A stretch of DNA of 64,000 nucleotides, taken from Candidatus Uhrbacteria bacterium. GTDB lineage: Bacteria; Patescibacteriota; Patescibacteriia; UBA9934; GWF2-40-263. Within the stretch, counting starts at the first letter, position 1, and each line of letters starts with the position of its first letter. Shown here piece by piece: positions 1-10,564 of the stretch. Under the pieces are notes generated by a model. It searched no databases. It was not told the origin of the DNA and saw only the letters and a list, made by a program, of their open reading frames with translations. The stretch lies in assembly GCA_016219925.1 (NCBI GenBank), contig JACRJU010000010.1, positions 32,147 to 96,146 of the forward strand, read 5' to 3'. Made by a program: the position numbers and the translations under genes.

Positions 1-1
1 C

Positions 2-367
2 TACTTCCTCTCCATCTGGCTCTTCGCTTTCCTCGAATTTACCGATTACTATCTCGACACATGGATCGTCACCAATCAACGCATCATCAACATCGAACAA
101 GAAGGGCTCTTTAATCGCATCGCTTCCGAGCTTGATTTGGCGGCTGTACAGGACACGACAGCCGAAATCCGCGGCATTCTTCAGACGATGCTCACCTATG
201 GACAGGTGTACGTGCAAACGGCTGGTGAAAAAGGACGTTTTCATTTTAAAAATATTGATAACCCCGAACAAGTCAAAGAGACGATTGCGCATCTTGTCGA
301 AGAGGACAAACAGCGCATCGCGAGCGGCGGGATCGTTCCGGGACGGGTTAAATCGATTCTCAAATAA
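2..367 (+). CDS. 5'-truncated CDS; bacterial PH-domain (bPH_2/YdbT-like) protein, C-terminal part
   Basis: Open frame runs from the window edge to the stop at 365-367. Motif 'DTWIVTNQRIINIEQEG' is typical of bacterial pleckstrin-like domains. Confidence 0.4.
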   Translation, partial: YFLSIWLFAFLEFTDYYLDTWIVTNQRIINIEQEGLFNRIASELDLAAVQDTTAEIRGILQTMLTYGQVYVQTAGEKGRFHFKNIDNPEQVKETIAHLVEEDKQRIASGGIVPGRVKSILK

Positions 368-433
368 CTCCCAAGACCTCTGTCTACAGCCTTCGACAGG
401 CTCAGGCAATAATGAAAAATTCTGCGAAGGCCG

Positions 434-1531
434 CTAGCTTGATTTCTCCCAACGATATACCCCCCAAGCCCAGTCGGCTAGACGCTTGGCATCATCAAAC
501 GATTCCACGCGTGATCGGGCCCCGAACAAAACGATGAGCAATTCCCGCTCGTCGTTTTTGTCTGGCTTGATAGACTCCACCACGTTCCAGCCGGACTCAT
601 CGAGATACCCGGTCTTCCCGCCCGTCACCCACACATCATCATAACGCGGCTTCCAGAGCATCCAGTTTGTGTTGATCATCTTCTTGGAAACGCCGGTGTT
701 CGCAACACGAATGAGACGCGTGGCTGTCGTGGTGACTTGTTGAATAGAGTTGCGCGAAAAAGCATCGGCGGCCAAGCGCGCAAACTCCAAAGGGGTTGAA
801 ACGTTCCCGAGTTCAATACCGGTTGGATCAACAAAATGGGTCTGTGAAAGATTGAGTGCTTGCGCGCGTGCGTTCATCACCGACACAAAATCTTTACGGT
901 TCATGCCCGTTGTGCGCGAAAGCGCATTGGCCGCATTGTTGGCAGAAGCGACCAGCGCGGCATACAACAAATCGTTCACCGTAAACTGATCGCCATTATT
1001 CACGTACAATTTGGCTCCTCCCACATCATCATTGTTTCTCACGTCCGCCATCTGATCGAGACGAATGCCTTGATCCATCACAATCGAAGCGGTGATAAGC
1101 TTCGTCATCGAAGCAATCGGCCACACTAGTCTTTCGCGCTTCACGGTCAGCACCGTACCTGTCGCTCGATCAATAACCGCATAAGCTTGCGACCCGATGA
1201 TTGATTCAACCTCGCGCGAGTTGATACGCCGAGGGATCGCGGTGCCGGGGACAGGTCCAAAAGAACGCAGGGGAGGATATTCTTTCCATCCGTACTGGGC
1301 CGCCCAGTCTTGCAAATCAAGAAGTACCCCCGCGCCCGATCCGGAAATCGCCCGTAGCGTCACGGGATCAAAAACTGTTTGTAAATCCGCGCGGGAATGA
1401 TAAATCGCAAGCAACGCATCCGTCTGCGCGCTCGCCCTCCATGGAACCAACAAAAGACACAACATCACAAAAACTCCCTTCGTCCACCAAAGGGAGTCTT
1501 TTTTTTCAGTTCCATTTCTTTTTAAGATCAA
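434..1531 (-). CDS. D-alanyl-D-alanine carboxypeptidase (peptidase S11, PBP5/6-like)
   Basis: Signal peptide is followed by the SxxK motif 'SMTKLITA' and the KTG motif 'GGKTGY'. Confidence 0.7.
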   Translation of the reverse strand: MILKRNGTEKKDSLWWTKGVFVMLCLLLVPWRASAQTDALLAIYHSRADLQTVFDPVTLRAISGSGAGVLLDLQDWAAQYGWKEYPPLRSFGPVPGTAIPRRINSREVESIIGSQAYAVIDRATGTVLTVKRERLVWPIASMTKLITASIVMDQGIRLDQMADVRNNDDVGGAKLYVNNGDQFTVNDLLYAALVASANNAANALSRTTGMNRKDFVSVMNARAQALNLSQTHFVDPTGIELGNVSTPLEFARLAADAFSRNSIQQVTTTATRLIRVANTGVSKKMINTNWMLWKPRYDDVWVTGGKTGYLDESGWNVVESIKPDKNDERELLIVLFGARSRVESFDDAKRLADWAWGVYRWEKSS

Positions 1532-3392
1532 TGCCTTGATAGAAATATTTTAAAATATCTTGCCACTTCTGCCCGCCCTCGTCAGCCATGCAAAGCGCTT
1601 CGCTCGCGCTCATCCCAACACCATGACCCCAAAGCGTGCGCCCTTTGCGAGCATCGCACGGAGCCGGAACAGACTTCAGCCACGCAACCGATCCACCCCA
1701 CACTTCGCTCCAGTCGCGCGTGCGACCATCCGAGCGTGAAAAATAGGGGGTCAATGCGGTTCGATTATCATAGGTGACGACAACTCCGCGTGTTTGCGTG
1801 GCGGCCCGACCAATAGACGGGTTGCGAATCTCATAGCCGTATCCTTTATACACTTGATCATCGGCTGTCGAATTCATGTGAAAAAATTCACTCGCATGCT
1901 TGGTCGCGCGTTCGTAGTGATAAAGGGCGTATGTGCGCGCAACGGTAATCAGAGCCTTCTTAAATTCCGGATGAGAAATCTCCGAAGTCTCGCCAAGCCC
2001 CGCAAGATACGACTCCGTAGGCAGTTCATTGATGATCCAGGTTCGGTCTTTCGTATTGTTGTAGCGGAGCTCAAGTGTGCCACGGAACTGATTATCCGCG
2101 TATGCGGCATTGCGCGTCTTTCGGCGATCAAAATTTTGAATGATACAGACACCACCCGGATTATTTGGGACAAACCGTAAAAACTGATACGTCTGCTCGA
2201 TCCCTTTGCCCCGATTGAAATAGTACCGCTGATTTTTATAAAACGCGCGCACCATATCACTTGAAGTGAGCTCACCCAACAACCCGCCGGCGCCATCAAT
2301 CAATTTCCAATCCCCATCACAACCGATCTCCACTTGCCAATCCGTTTCATCATCAACGATTAAAACCCCGATACGCATGACCGGCTCATCAATGAGCGTG
2401 CCGGCCTCGATCTGTCCTTCTTCTAAAGTCAACGGACTCTCCAGAGCCTCCTGCGCGCCCGTGGTCACTTCAACCGGAATATCAATTTCAAAATCCGGAA
2501 CGACAGATCCATTCACCGCAAGACGATATGTCACCACATGCTTGCCTTTGGTCGGCGGCGCGGTAAAGCTAAAATCAATTAAATCAAGCGCGCCAGGTTT
2601 GACCTCTCCCGCATCGCTCATAGCCACCTGCGTTGCACTAACCCAAGAGGAATGGTAGGTATTCACCGCGGCGGCCGCAACGTCGTTGGGGCGAATCTCG
2701 CGCGTCTTCCATATGACCGTTCCAGTATTTTTTACCCCGACCCGATAGCGCACCTCTTCTCCTGCTTCGGCGGTGACTTCTTTGGCTGATCGCAACAACA
2801 AAGTCGCGGACAAACCCGCACTGGTTACCGGAGAAGGCGTTCCATCCGTTGTTGTCGGCTTTTGAACAACCGGTGCTGATACTCCTTTTACTTTGATGCT
2901 CAACGTAAACTTCCCTCCGGGAATCCACACGGTATTTTCCGCGGCCAACTGAAACGTCTCTTTATAATCGCCGACACTTTGAGGAGCTTTGAGAGTGAGA
3001 TCAACGTGTCCGACTTTTCCCGGAGCCACGGACGCTTCTTTCAAAACGGCCGCTTGAGTAAAGTCTTTCCAGTTGTCCGCATGAAAATCGCTCACGCGAT
3101 ACTTGGGATCGTAGGTATAGATGGAGACGTAGGCTGAACCCGTGTTCACCCATGTCTTTGTACCCATGTTTTGAACAGTGATTGAAACGGTTTGTGTGGC
3201 ACCGGGAGCCATCTCAAACCCTTGCTTAGGAGCCGACACTTGCAAAGCTTCAAATCCTTTCTTCGAAGCCGCGTGCGCAACAAGCGATCCTGAAAAAAAA
3301 ACAAAAAAAGCCGTTACGACCATCAAAACGGCTCGCGTGAAAACCGTGGAAGTATTCTTCGCGAGATGTGCCCTCATATCCATTTCTATCAT
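1506..3392 (-). CDS. Secreted SpoIID/LytB-domain protein with N-terminal Ig-like repeats
   Basis: C-terminal 'ESYLAGLGE...ALITVARTYALYHY' is a SpoIID/LytB amidase-enhancer signature. N-terminus is signal-peptide-like. Start chosen at an internal ATG to avoid overlap with the divergent gene; the ORF track extends to 3437. Confidence 0.55.
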   Translation of the reverse strand: MIEMDMRAHLAKNTSTVFTRAVLMVVTAFFVFFSGSLVAHAASKKGFEALQVSAPKQGFEMAPGATQTVSITVQNMGTKTWVNTGSAYVSIYTYDPKYRVSDFHADNWKDFTQAAVLKEASVAPGKVGHVDLTLKAPQSVGDYKETFQLAAENTVWIPGGKFTLSIKVKGVSAPVVQKPTTTDGTPSPVTSAGLSATLLLRSAKEVTAEAGEEVRYRVGVKNTGTVIWKTREIRPNDVAAAAVNTYHSSWVSATQVAMSDAGEVKPGALDLIDFSFTAPPTKGKHVVTYRLAVNGSVVPDFEIDIPVEVTTGAQEALESPLTLEEGQIEAGTLIDEPVMRIGVLIVDDETDWQVEIGCDGDWKLIDGAGGLLGELTSSDMVRAFYKNQRYYFNRGKGIEQTYQFLRFVPNNPGGVCIIQNFDRRKTRNAAYADNQFRGTLELRYNNTKDRTWIINELPTESYLAGLGETSEISHPEFKKALITVARTYALYHYERATKHASEFFHMNSTADDQVYKGYGYEIRNPSIGRAATQTRGVVVTYDNRTALTPYFSRSDGRTRDWSEVWGGSVAWLKSVPAPCDARKGRTLWGHGVGMSASEALCMADEGGQKWQDILKYFYQGIDLKKKWN

Positions 3393-3415
3393 AACAAAAA
3401 AAGAGGCCTCCGTCA

Positions 3416-4876
3416 ATGCAGGATTTTCGTGATACACTGCCGTTATCTATGCAAAAAGGCATTGTGGCGAGAAATTTCGCCGTGCAAGTATCTGGAAAAC
3501 TTCTCGCTGTTTTGGTTGGACTCATTTCAGTTGGTGTCCTGACACGCCACCTTGGAACAAATGGGTTTGGAGAATACACCACAGCGATCACGTTCCTTCA
3601 ATTGTTCGGGGTCGTGGTTGATTTTGGTCTGACCCTCACCATGGTCGTCATGATTTCAGAAGAGGGAGCGGATAATGAACGGATCATTGGAAACATTTTT
3701 GGTCTGCGCCTCTTGAGCGGGGCGCTGATTTTCAGTTTCGCTCCGCTTGCGGTGCTTTTGCTCCCGTGGTCCGCGCAGGTAAAGGACGCCGTACTGATCG
3801 GAAGCGTCGCGTATGTGCTTATGGGAGGAGCGACTCTGCTCGTCGGAGTCTTCCAGCGCTTTCAAGCGATGTGGCGGTCTGCACTGGCAGAAATGGTTAA
3901 CCGCATCGTACTGGTGATTGCCATCGTGATATTCGCGCAACTCAACTTAGGAGTGGTCTGGATGGTCGGAGCTTCGATGATTGCCAATGCGGTTTGGCTT
4001 TATGCCATGGTTCGACTGGCTCGCCCTTTCGTACGCATCCGTTTTTTGATGGATAGACATCTTTGGCAACAGGTGTGGTCTCGTTCTTGGCCGATTGCGG
4101 TCTCCATTTTTTTTAACCTGCTCTATCTCAAAGGGGACGTCCTCTTCCTTTCTTTGTATCGAAGCCAGACAGAAGTCGGTCTTTACGGAGTCACCTATCG
4201 CATCATCGACATGCTCACCGCCTTGCCGGTGATGTTCATGGGCATCCTTTTGCCTTTGGTTGTGAACACGTGGTCGGCTGGAAATCACGAAGAATTTCGC
4301 ACTCATGTGCGCCGTACATTTGATTTATTTATGATCGCCGCTATTCCGATTGTGATTGGAACACAGGTCGTGGCTGGACGGCTTATGCGACTGATCGCCG
4401 GGCCTGGATATGAAGCTTCTGGTGATATTTTGCGCTTGCTCATCTTCGCGGTCCTGGGTGTTTTTCTCGGCGCGCTATTCGGACATCTTGTGGTCGCCAT
4501 CAACAAACAAAAACCCATGGTGTGGGGATATGTGAGCGTCGCGGTGCTCACCGTAGCCGGCTACTTCCTTTTTATTCCCCCTTATGGCATGTGGGGTGCC
4601 GCTTGGATGACGCTTTTCTCTGAAGGTTTGATCGCAATCATCACGTTTGCGGTGGTCTATCACACGACCTCCGCCGTCCCACACTTGGGCGTGACACTCA
4701 AAGCCATTTTCGCTTCAGCCATCATGTATATCTTCCTGCAATTTCTCCCTACCCCATTTGTGCTTCTTGATCTTGCAGTGGCCGCCGCTCTTTACTTAAT
4801 CGTTATGCTTGTTATCAAAGGAATCAAGCTTGAAGAACTCCTCGCGCTAAGAGAAGCGCGCAATGCGATTGAATGA
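3416..4876 (+). CDS. Polysaccharide biosynthesis flippase (Wzx/MOP superfamily)
   Basis: 486 aa with about 12-14 hydrophobic helices. N-terminal '[21 protein letters not shown]' matches the Wzx pattern. Confidence 0.6.
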   Translation: MQDFRDTLPLSMQKGIVARNFAVQVSGKLLAVLVGLISVGVLTRHLGTNGFGEYTTAITFLQLFGVVVDFGLTLTMVVMISEEGADNERIIGNIFGLRLLSGALIFSFAPLAVLLLPWSAQVKDAVLIGSVAYVLMGGATLLVGVFQRFQAMWRSALAEMVNRIVLVIAIVIFAQLNLGVVWMVGASMIANAVWLYAMVRLARPFVRIRFLMDRHLWQQVWSRSWPIAVSIFFNLLYLKGDVLFLSLYRSQTEVGLYGVTYRIIDMLTALPVMFMGILLPLVVNTWSAGNHEEFRTHVRRTFDLFMIAAIPIVIGTQVVAGRLMRLIAGPGYEASGDILRLLIFAVLGVFLGALFGHLVVAINKQKPMVWGYVSVAVLTVAGYFLFIPPYGMWGAAWMTLFSEGLIAIITFAVVYHTTSAVPHLGVTLKAIFASAIMYIFLQFLPTPFVLLDLAVAAALYLIVMLVIKGIKLEELLALREARNAIE

Positions 4877-6062
4877 TATGACCGCGATACTCCTTTTGAT
4901 CACCCTCGTCTTTGTCGTTCTGGCTTACAAACGGCTTCCCCTCGCCGTCCTTTTGGTGATAGCCCTTCTGCCGAGCTATCTGCTTCGTCTCACCCTTTTT
5001 GGGATCCCAACAACTTTGCTTGAACTCATGCTCGGCGTTGTTGTTGTGGTTTGGCTCGGACAAAATCGTCATCGGCTGAAAACGATCCTCGCACTTGAAA
5101 GACGTTGGGCGATTGCGATTGCTTTGGTGATTCTAGCGGCGACGGTTGGAGCCGTCGTTGCTCCGGATACCATCGGCGCTCTTGGCGTTTGGAAAGCGTA
5201 CTTCATCGAACCCGTCGCATTGTTTTATGTTCTTGTTGATTTGTGCCGAAAAAAAGAATTAGACAGCAGCCGCATCATCAACGCGCTTTTGCTTGGTGGC
5301 GCGATCATCGCCGCGCTGACCCTCGTGCAGTGGGTGACGAATCTCGGCATTCCGATCCCATGGGATTTCGAACGCCGCGCGACCAGCCTCTTTGATTATC
5401 CCAATGCTGTTGGTTTGTTTTTAGGTCCGATCGCGATCATCACTTTGTACAAAAAATCCACGCGCGCGCTTTTCCTGCTCTTTCTGATTGCCATTGGGCT
5501 TGCACAGTCCGAAGCGGCTCTTGGAGCGATGGCAATCACGCTTGTCGTGATGGGACTTGCCTCTGCCCATATTCGAAAAACAACGCTCGTATTATGTCTC
5601 GTGGTCGCAACTCTCCTTTTGGTTATACCCACCACCCGCACCTATCTGATCACCAAGGTTACTTTGCAAGACCCTTCAGAACAGGTACGCGTCAGTCAAT
5701 GGCAAGAAACAATCGCCTTTCTCAAAGATCACCCGTTTTTTGGAGCAGGCCTCTCGGGATATCCTAAAGCCCTCGTCCCCTATCATACCCACCTTCAGTA
5801 CGAAATTTTTCAGTATCCGCACAATATCTTTTTGAACATCTGGGTAGAACTCGGTCTTTTGGGACTCATCGCTTTTGTTTTTTTAACGGCAACGCTTCTG
5901 CGTTCTCTTCTTTCTTCTTTCTTCTTCCTTCTTCCTTTGCTCGAAATCCTCCTCCATGGCCTCGTTGACGTTCCGTATTTCAAAAATGATTTAGCCGTGC
6001 TCGTGTGGATTCTGATCGCTCTTGTGTATGTCGAATACACCAACGCAAAACACGCCTCATAA
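4863..6062 (+). CDS. O-antigen ligase/polymerase family membrane protein (Wzy_C-like)
   Basis: Polytopic membrane protein with a loop '[13 protein letters not shown]' typical of O-antigen ligase-like proteins. Contains an in-frame CT-rich tract. Confidence 0.5.
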   Translation: MRLNDMTAILLLITLVFVVLAYKRLPLAVLLVIALLPSYLLRLTLFGIPTTLLELMLGVVVVVWLGQNRHRLKTILALERRWAIAIALVILAATVGAVVAPDTIGALGVWKAYFIEPVALFYVLVDLCRKKELDSSRIINALLLGGAIIAALTLVQWVTNLGIPIPWDFERRATSLFDYPNAVGLFLGPIAIITLYKKSTRALFLLFLIAIGLAQSEAALGAMAITLVVMGLASAHIRKTTLVLCLVVATLLLVIPTTRTYLITKVTLQDPSEQVRVSQWQETIAFLKDHPFFGAGLSGYPKALVPYHTHLQYEIFQYPHNIFLNIWVELGLLGLIAFVFLTATLLRSLLSSFFFLLPLLEILLHGLVDVPYFKNDLAVLVWILIALVYVEYTNAKHAS

Positions 6063-6657
6063 AAAAACCCTCTCAATCGGCGTCGCCGTCGCCATTGTGG
6101 TTTTGGTATCAGCGGCACTCTTGCGATTGGTTCATATCGTGAAACCGCAAGCGCCTTTGCCCCTGCTCGCAAGCGCTCCGGGACTCATTGAGCTCCATAC
6201 GATTGAGGAGATCACGGCACAGAGCACGACCTCTGTCATTCCGCCAAAACGGACATTTGATGCCGAGCTCGCGACGATCGGCATTTATCCAGATGCCACA
6301 AAAACCATTCCTGCCGGAATGGTCACTCTTGTGTACACGCGAGAGCACAATCGATTTGTTGAAATCGATTACCGCCCTGGGACGAACGCCGAAAAAGAAC
6401 TGACGGCTATTGGAGCACAGCAGAGCGAACAGATTATTCTGATGCCACAAGTGAAAGCGACATTTGTCAGAATGCGAAAATTCGTTGCGTGCAAATCGCC
6501 TGTCGCTGAACAACCCGGGGTCTGTCAATTCACTCGCGCGATCGTTTTTGATCTCCTTACGGAGACGGTCGTTTTATTCGCCGACGGGGAGCACGCAACC
6601 GATGGAGAACTGATCGAAATGGCTCGTTCAATCGTTGACGCAGGGTCTTTTGAGTGA
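6022..6657 (+). CDS. Hypothetical membrane-anchored protein
   Basis: N-terminal transmembrane anchor '[18 protein letters not shown]', then a soluble domain of unknown family. Overlaps the upstream gene by 41 nt, so the start is uncertain. Confidence 0.35.
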   Translation: MCMSNTPTQNTPHKKTLSIGVAVAIVVLVSAALLRLVHIVKPQAPLPLLASAPGLIELHTIEEITAQSTTSVIPPKRTFDAELATIGIYPDATKTIPAGMVTLVYTREHNRFVEIDYRPGTNAEKELTAIGAQQSEQIILMPQVKATFVRMRKFVACKSPVAEQPGVCQFTRAIVFDLLTETVVLFADGEHATDGELIEMARSIVDAGSFE

Positions 6658-6674
6658 TACGCTCGTGCCCGCAT

Positions 6675-6763
6675 GGAGAGGTCGCATAGTTGGTCTAGTG
6701 CGCGCGACTCGAAATCGCGTATGCCGCAAGGCATCGAGGGTTCGAATCCCTCCCTCTCCGCCA
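6675..6763 (+). tRNA. tRNA-Ser (anticodon CGA), type II with long variable arm, encoded CCA
   Basis: Acceptor stem ggagagg/cctctcc, anticodon loop ctCGAaa, variable arm atgcc-gcaa-ggcat, T-arm gaggg-ttcgaat-ccctc, then G-CCA. Confidence 0.8.
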
Positions 6764-6765
6764 GT

Positions 6766-7114
6766 TATGAACAAAACACACACTTTGGAACTTTTGCAAA
6801 AAACGTTTTGCCGACTTCAACCATCCTCCATTGAAGGGGTTGGGGTGTTTGCGGTCAAAGAAATCCCCGAAGGGGTCAACCCATTTGAAGGCATGCGTGA
6901 TGATTTTTTCGTCATTGAAAAAAACGGAACGGTTCGCATTCCGCAAAGCGCCCTCAACGGCATGGATATGTCCTTTTATGTTAACAACTCCGACCATCCC
7001 AACCTCACCACAACCGACGGCTTCCTGTTTATCACGAGTCGTCTCATCAAACCTGGAGAGGAATTGACTGTCGCTTACGCAATCTACGACGAAAAGTACG
7101 CCACATCCCTATGA
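6766..7114 (+). CDS. SET-domain-like small protein
   Basis: 'IEGVGVFAVKEIPEGV' and 'FYVNNSDHPN' resemble SET-domain GxG and NHxCxPN motifs. Start trimmed to the first ATG after the tRNA; the ORF track runs through the tRNA. Confidence 0.4.
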
Positions 7115-7216
7115 TCCGATTCTGGATCATCGCCATCATTTTTTGTCTGCTGCTTCTCGTTGTTTTGTACTACGCCTCGAAAGAATAGGCGGCTTGTTTT
7201 ATAATAGGAACATCCT

Positions 7217-8089
7217 ATGACGATTCGAAAAGCCATCATCCCTGTTGCTGGCATGGGCACGCGTTTTTTGCCTGCTGCCAAAGCCCAGCCAAAAGAAATG
7301 CTCCCCGTGGTCGATAAACCGATCATCCAGTATATCGTTGAAGAAGCGGTGCAAAGCGGCATCGAAGAAATCATCTTCGTCACCGCCATCGGTAAACATG
7401 CTATTGAAAACCATTTTGATCGAAACTTCGAATTGGAATACCGCCTTGAACAAAAAGGGAAACTCAAGGAACTTAAAGCCATATCGGAGATCGGCAGACT
7501 CGCCAAATTCGCCTTCGTGCGCCAATCCAAACCCCTTGGTGACGGCCATGCCGTATTAAGCGCCCTCCCCTTTCTCGATTTGCACGAACCGGTCGCGGTC
7601 CTTTTTGGCGATGACATTATCGAAGGCAAAACTCCGGCGCTCAAACAATTGATTGATGTCTATAATAAGTACGGAGATTCAGTCCTCGCGTTACAAAAAG
7701 TGCCAAAAAACATGGTGAACCAATTCGGGGTGGTGGATGGGAAAAAATTATCCAAAACAACGTGGGAGATCAGGGGCTTCGTAGAAAAACCCGACATCAA
7801 GGAAGCTCCAAGCGATTTAATCGCAATCGGACGCTATATCCTGACTCCAAACATTTACACGCTTCTGGAAAAACAAAAACCCGGCAAGGATGGTGAAATC
7901 CGTCTGGCTAACGCGTTTGAGACGCTCCTCAAAAATAACGGAGTCTTGTATGGATGCCACTTTGAAGGAACCTGGCATAACTGCGGCGATAAATTCGGAT
8001 TCGTCAAAGCGCAAATTGAACTGGGCCTTAAACATCCCGATGTTGGTCCGGCTCTCAAAAAATATTTCAAAACCATGAAACCCCTATGA
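7217..8089 (+). CDS. galU: UTP--glucose-1-phosphate uridylyltransferase
   Basis: N-terminal 'KAIIPVAGMGTRFLPAAKAQPKEMLPVVDKPIIQY' is the canonical GalU signature. Confidence 0.9.
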   Translation: MTIRKAIIPVAGMGTRFLPAAKAQPKEMLPVVDKPIIQYIVEEAVQSGIEEIIFVTAIGKHAIENHFDRNFELEYRLEQKGKLKELKAISEIGRLAKFAFVRQSKPLGDGHAVLSALPFLDLHEPVAVLFGDDIIEGKTPALKQLIDVYNKYGDSVLALQKVPKNMVNQFGVVDGKKLSKTTWEIRGFVEKPDIKEAPSDLIAIGRYILTPNIYTLLEKQKPGKDGEIRLANAFETLLKNNGVLYGCHFEGTWHNCGDKFGFVKAQIELGLKHPDVGPALKKYFKTMKPL

Positions 8090-9462
8090 GGAGGACCTCT
8101 TTCAAAAAACTTTCCCTGCTGTTCGCTCTCATCCTGCTTGTCGGTGCAGGATGCACAGGCCCATCGGCCGCGGAAATTTCAGCTACCAAACCCGCCACCA
8201 TTTCCATTTGGCAGGTGTTTGACTCGGAAGAATCGCTCTTGCCAATCATGAACGCTTATCGCGCCATCCATCCCAATATTTCCTTTGAATATCGCCAGCT
8301 TCGTTCAGACGAATACAAAAATGAACTCCTGCGCGCATTTGCGGAAGGAAAAGGCCCAGATGTTTTTGCTATTCATAACACCTGGGTGGGCGAATATGAA
8401 AGTTTGATCGCTCCGTTGCCCGCGTCGCTCCAAATCGGCTATTCCGAAACGCGCGGCACCATCAAAAAAGAAACCATCTACACCTTAAAAGAAGAGCCGA
8501 CGATTTCCCTGCGAGCGCTCAAAAATGATTTCGTGGATGTGGTGTCCAAAGATGTGGTGCGTGCCTACCGCGTCAACCAGAATACCGAACCTCAAGATCG
8601 GATCTTCGGCCTTCCCCTTTCCGTTGACACAATGGCTCTTTACTACAATAAGGATCTGCTCAACGCCGCCAATATCCCTGAACCGCCAACCACATGGACG
8701 CAGTTTCAAGAACAGGTTGGCAAACTCACCAAAATTGGCCAAAACGATACGATCTTACAATCCGGCGCGGCCGTGGGCACGGGAAAAAACATCGAGCGCG
8801 CAATAGATATCTTAAATCTTCTCATGCTCCAAAATGGCGTCGAGATGGTTAGCGACCGTGGATCTGCTATCTTTGCCACAGGATCAGACAAAGAAAATCT
8901 AGCTGCAGATGCTGTGCGCTTCTATACTGATTTCGCCAACCCTCTTAAACAGGTGTACACCTGGAACGACTCTCAACCCAATTCATTTGACGCCTTCGTC
9001 AACGGCAAGGCCGCATTCTTTCTTGGCTATGCTTACCACGCGCCTCTGATTGCCGCACGGTCGCCAAAACTCAACTTCGCCATCGCTCCTGTTCCCCAAA
9101 TCGAAGGAGGAAAAACCGTGAACTACGCAAATTACTGGGTGGAAACCGTTTCACGCCAAACGAAAAATCTTGATACCGCTTGGGATTTCGTTGAGTTCGC
9201 CGCCTCAAAAGATCAGGTTACAAAATATCTCGATCTTGCCAAACGGCCGCCTGCTCGGCGAGCGCTTGTGAGTAGCCAACTTGAAGATGAAACCCTCTCG
9301 ATCTTTGCCTCCCAAGTGCTCACCGCGCAAAGCTGGTATCATGGAAGAGACGCGGGGGCTATGGAACAAGCCTTCATTGACCTCATCGGAGCGACCCTTT
9401 CAGGTTCTGATACACAAGAAATTTTGACGATCACTCAAAATAAAGTGAACCAAACGCTTTAA
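8086..9462 (+). CDS. ABC transporter substrate-binding lipoprotein (sugar-binding family 1-like)
   Basis: Lipobox 'LLVGAGCTG', a size of about 458 aa and an SBP-like sequence. No permease or ATPase is adjacent. Confidence 0.65.
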   Translation: MRRTSFKKLSLLFALILLVGAGCTGPSAAEISATKPATISIWQVFDSEESLLPIMNAYRAIHPNISFEYRQLRSDEYKNELLRAFAEGKGPDVFAIHNTWVGEYESLIAPLPASLQIGYSETRGTIKKETIYTLKEEPTISLRALKNDFVDVVSKDVVRAYRVNQNTEPQDRIFGLPLSVDTMALYYNKDLLNAANIPEPPTTWTQFQEQVGKLTKIGQNDTILQSGAAVGTGKNIERAIDILNLLMLQNGVEMVSDRGSAIFATGSDKENLAADAVRFYTDFANPLKQVYTWNDSQPNSFDAFVNGKAAFFLGYAYHAPLIAARSPKLNFAIAPVPQIEGGKTVNYANYWVETVSRQTKNLDTAWDFVEFAASKDQVTKYLDLAKRPPARRALVSSQLEDETLSIFASQVLTAQSWYHGRDAGAMEQAFIDLIGATLSGSDTQEILTITQNKVNQTL

Positions 9463-9467
9463 GCTTT

Positions 9468-10094
9468 ATGCGACGAGCTTTTGCCTTTCTGCTCATCACC
9501 CTTTCCGTTGCGGCTTTGCCGTTTGCTGGATTGGCGTACTCGAGCAACATTTGCAAAGGCCCGACCTGTGATGTCTCCGAGGTGGGACGATTTATGGAAG
9601 GGATTACGCGCGAATGTGGAAACCTGGGCAACTGCTCGATCAATGATATTTTGATGGTGTTTGCCAATGCAGGAAACTTCGCCGTCGGCATTGTGGGAGC
9701 GCTTGTGCTTCTCATGTATGTGATCGGGGGAATGTACATGCTTTCTTCAGCAGGATCTTCGGACCGAGTCGCAAAAGGAAAAAAATATCTCACCATCTCA
9801 ACAACGGGGCTCCTCATTGTCGTCTTTGCTTATATTGGCATTAAGACGCTCGAATCGGTTTTGAGAACAGCCGGAGGCGAGGGTGACTTCGTCGAGGCTT
9901 GCACCGAGTCAACGATCGGCCAGCCTTGCGGACCGTCCAAACAATGTTTTCAAGCTGATGGTGCGTCAAGTGTTTCCTGTATCTCAAACTGTGAAGCTTT
10001 TACTCCAGGGGCGAGTTGCAAAAATGCTTCAAATCCTGCATGTATTTCAGGATTATGCCCTGGAGAAGCCGTGTGTTGTCCTCCAACGCCTTAA
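9468..10094 (+). CDS. TrbC/VirB2-like pilin family paralog 1 with Cys-rich C-terminal extension
   Basis: Signal peptide, conserved two-helix core 'LLMYVIGGMYMLSSAGSSDRVAKGKKYLTISTTGLLIVVFAYIGI', then about 70 aa with at least 12 Cys. Confidence 0.55.
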   Translation: MRRAFAFLLITLSVAALPFAGLAYSSNICKGPTCDVSEVGRFMEGITRECGNLGNCSINDILMVFANAGNFAVGIVGALVLLMYVIGGMYMLSSAGSSDRVAKGKKYLTISTTGLLIVVFAYIGIKTLESVLRTAGGEGDFVEACTESTIGQPCGPSKQCFQADGASSVSCISNCEAFTPGASCKNASNPACISGLCPGEAVCCPPTP

Positions 10095-10104
10095 TCCCAT
10101 TGCT

Positions 10105-10470
10105 ATGAAACTTTTTTTAAAACGATTAACTCTCCTTCTGTGGATTTGGTCCATGCCCCTTATGGCATTCGCCGCCGACCCGGCAGAAAAAAAATTGTTT
10201 AATCCTCTTGGAACTACGAGCATTCAAGCGGTGATCGCCCGGCTCATCAAAGCTTTGCTTGGACTTAGCGGAAGCATCGCCCTTCTGATGTTTGTGTGGG
10301 GAGGATTCTTGTGGCTTAGCTCTCGAGGGGAAACCAAACAAATCGAAAAAGGGAAAGAAACCATCAAATGGGCCACTTTCGGGCTCGTTATTATTTTTAC
10401 TGCCTACATTTTGGTTGGAGCAATCATTGGTGCGCTGATAAAAGGAACAGCTGTAGAGGCCCCAAGCTAG
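10105..10470 (+). CDS. TrbC/VirB2-like pilin family paralog 2
   Basis: Signal peptide then 'WGGFLWLSSRGETKQIEKGKETIKWATFGLVIIFTAYILVGAI'. Start set at the internal ATG that gives a signal peptide. Confidence 0.55.
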   Translation: MKLFLKRLTLLLWIWSMPLMAFAADPAEKKLFNPLGTTSIQAVIARLIKALLGLSGSIALLMFVWGGFLWLSSRGETKQIEKGKETIKWATFGLVIIFTAYILVGAIIGALIKGTAVEAPS

Positions 10471-10564
10471 CCGTGTGGATAAGCAGAGTTCTTTCTTCCC
10501 AAAAAAACGAGTAAAATACCTATAACCTTTCAATCATTTAACTTTTAAGGAGGCAACAATTTCT

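Noticed and set aside
132-437. ORF 132..437 (101 aa) as a separate gene
   Set aside because: It is frame-shifted relative to the continuous frame entering from the window edge, which has the bPH-like motif. The 132..437 translation is Arg/Ser-rich with no features.
5896-5940. CRISPR array or other interspersed repeat array
   Set aside because: No regularly spaced direct repeats anywhere in the window. The CT-rich tracts are in-frame coding low-complexity runs.
6635-6765. 5' extension of ORF 6635..7114 through the tRNA-Ser, and ORF 57148..57339 through tRNA-His
   Set aside because: They overlap well-formed tRNAs. Coding sequence trimmed or discarded.
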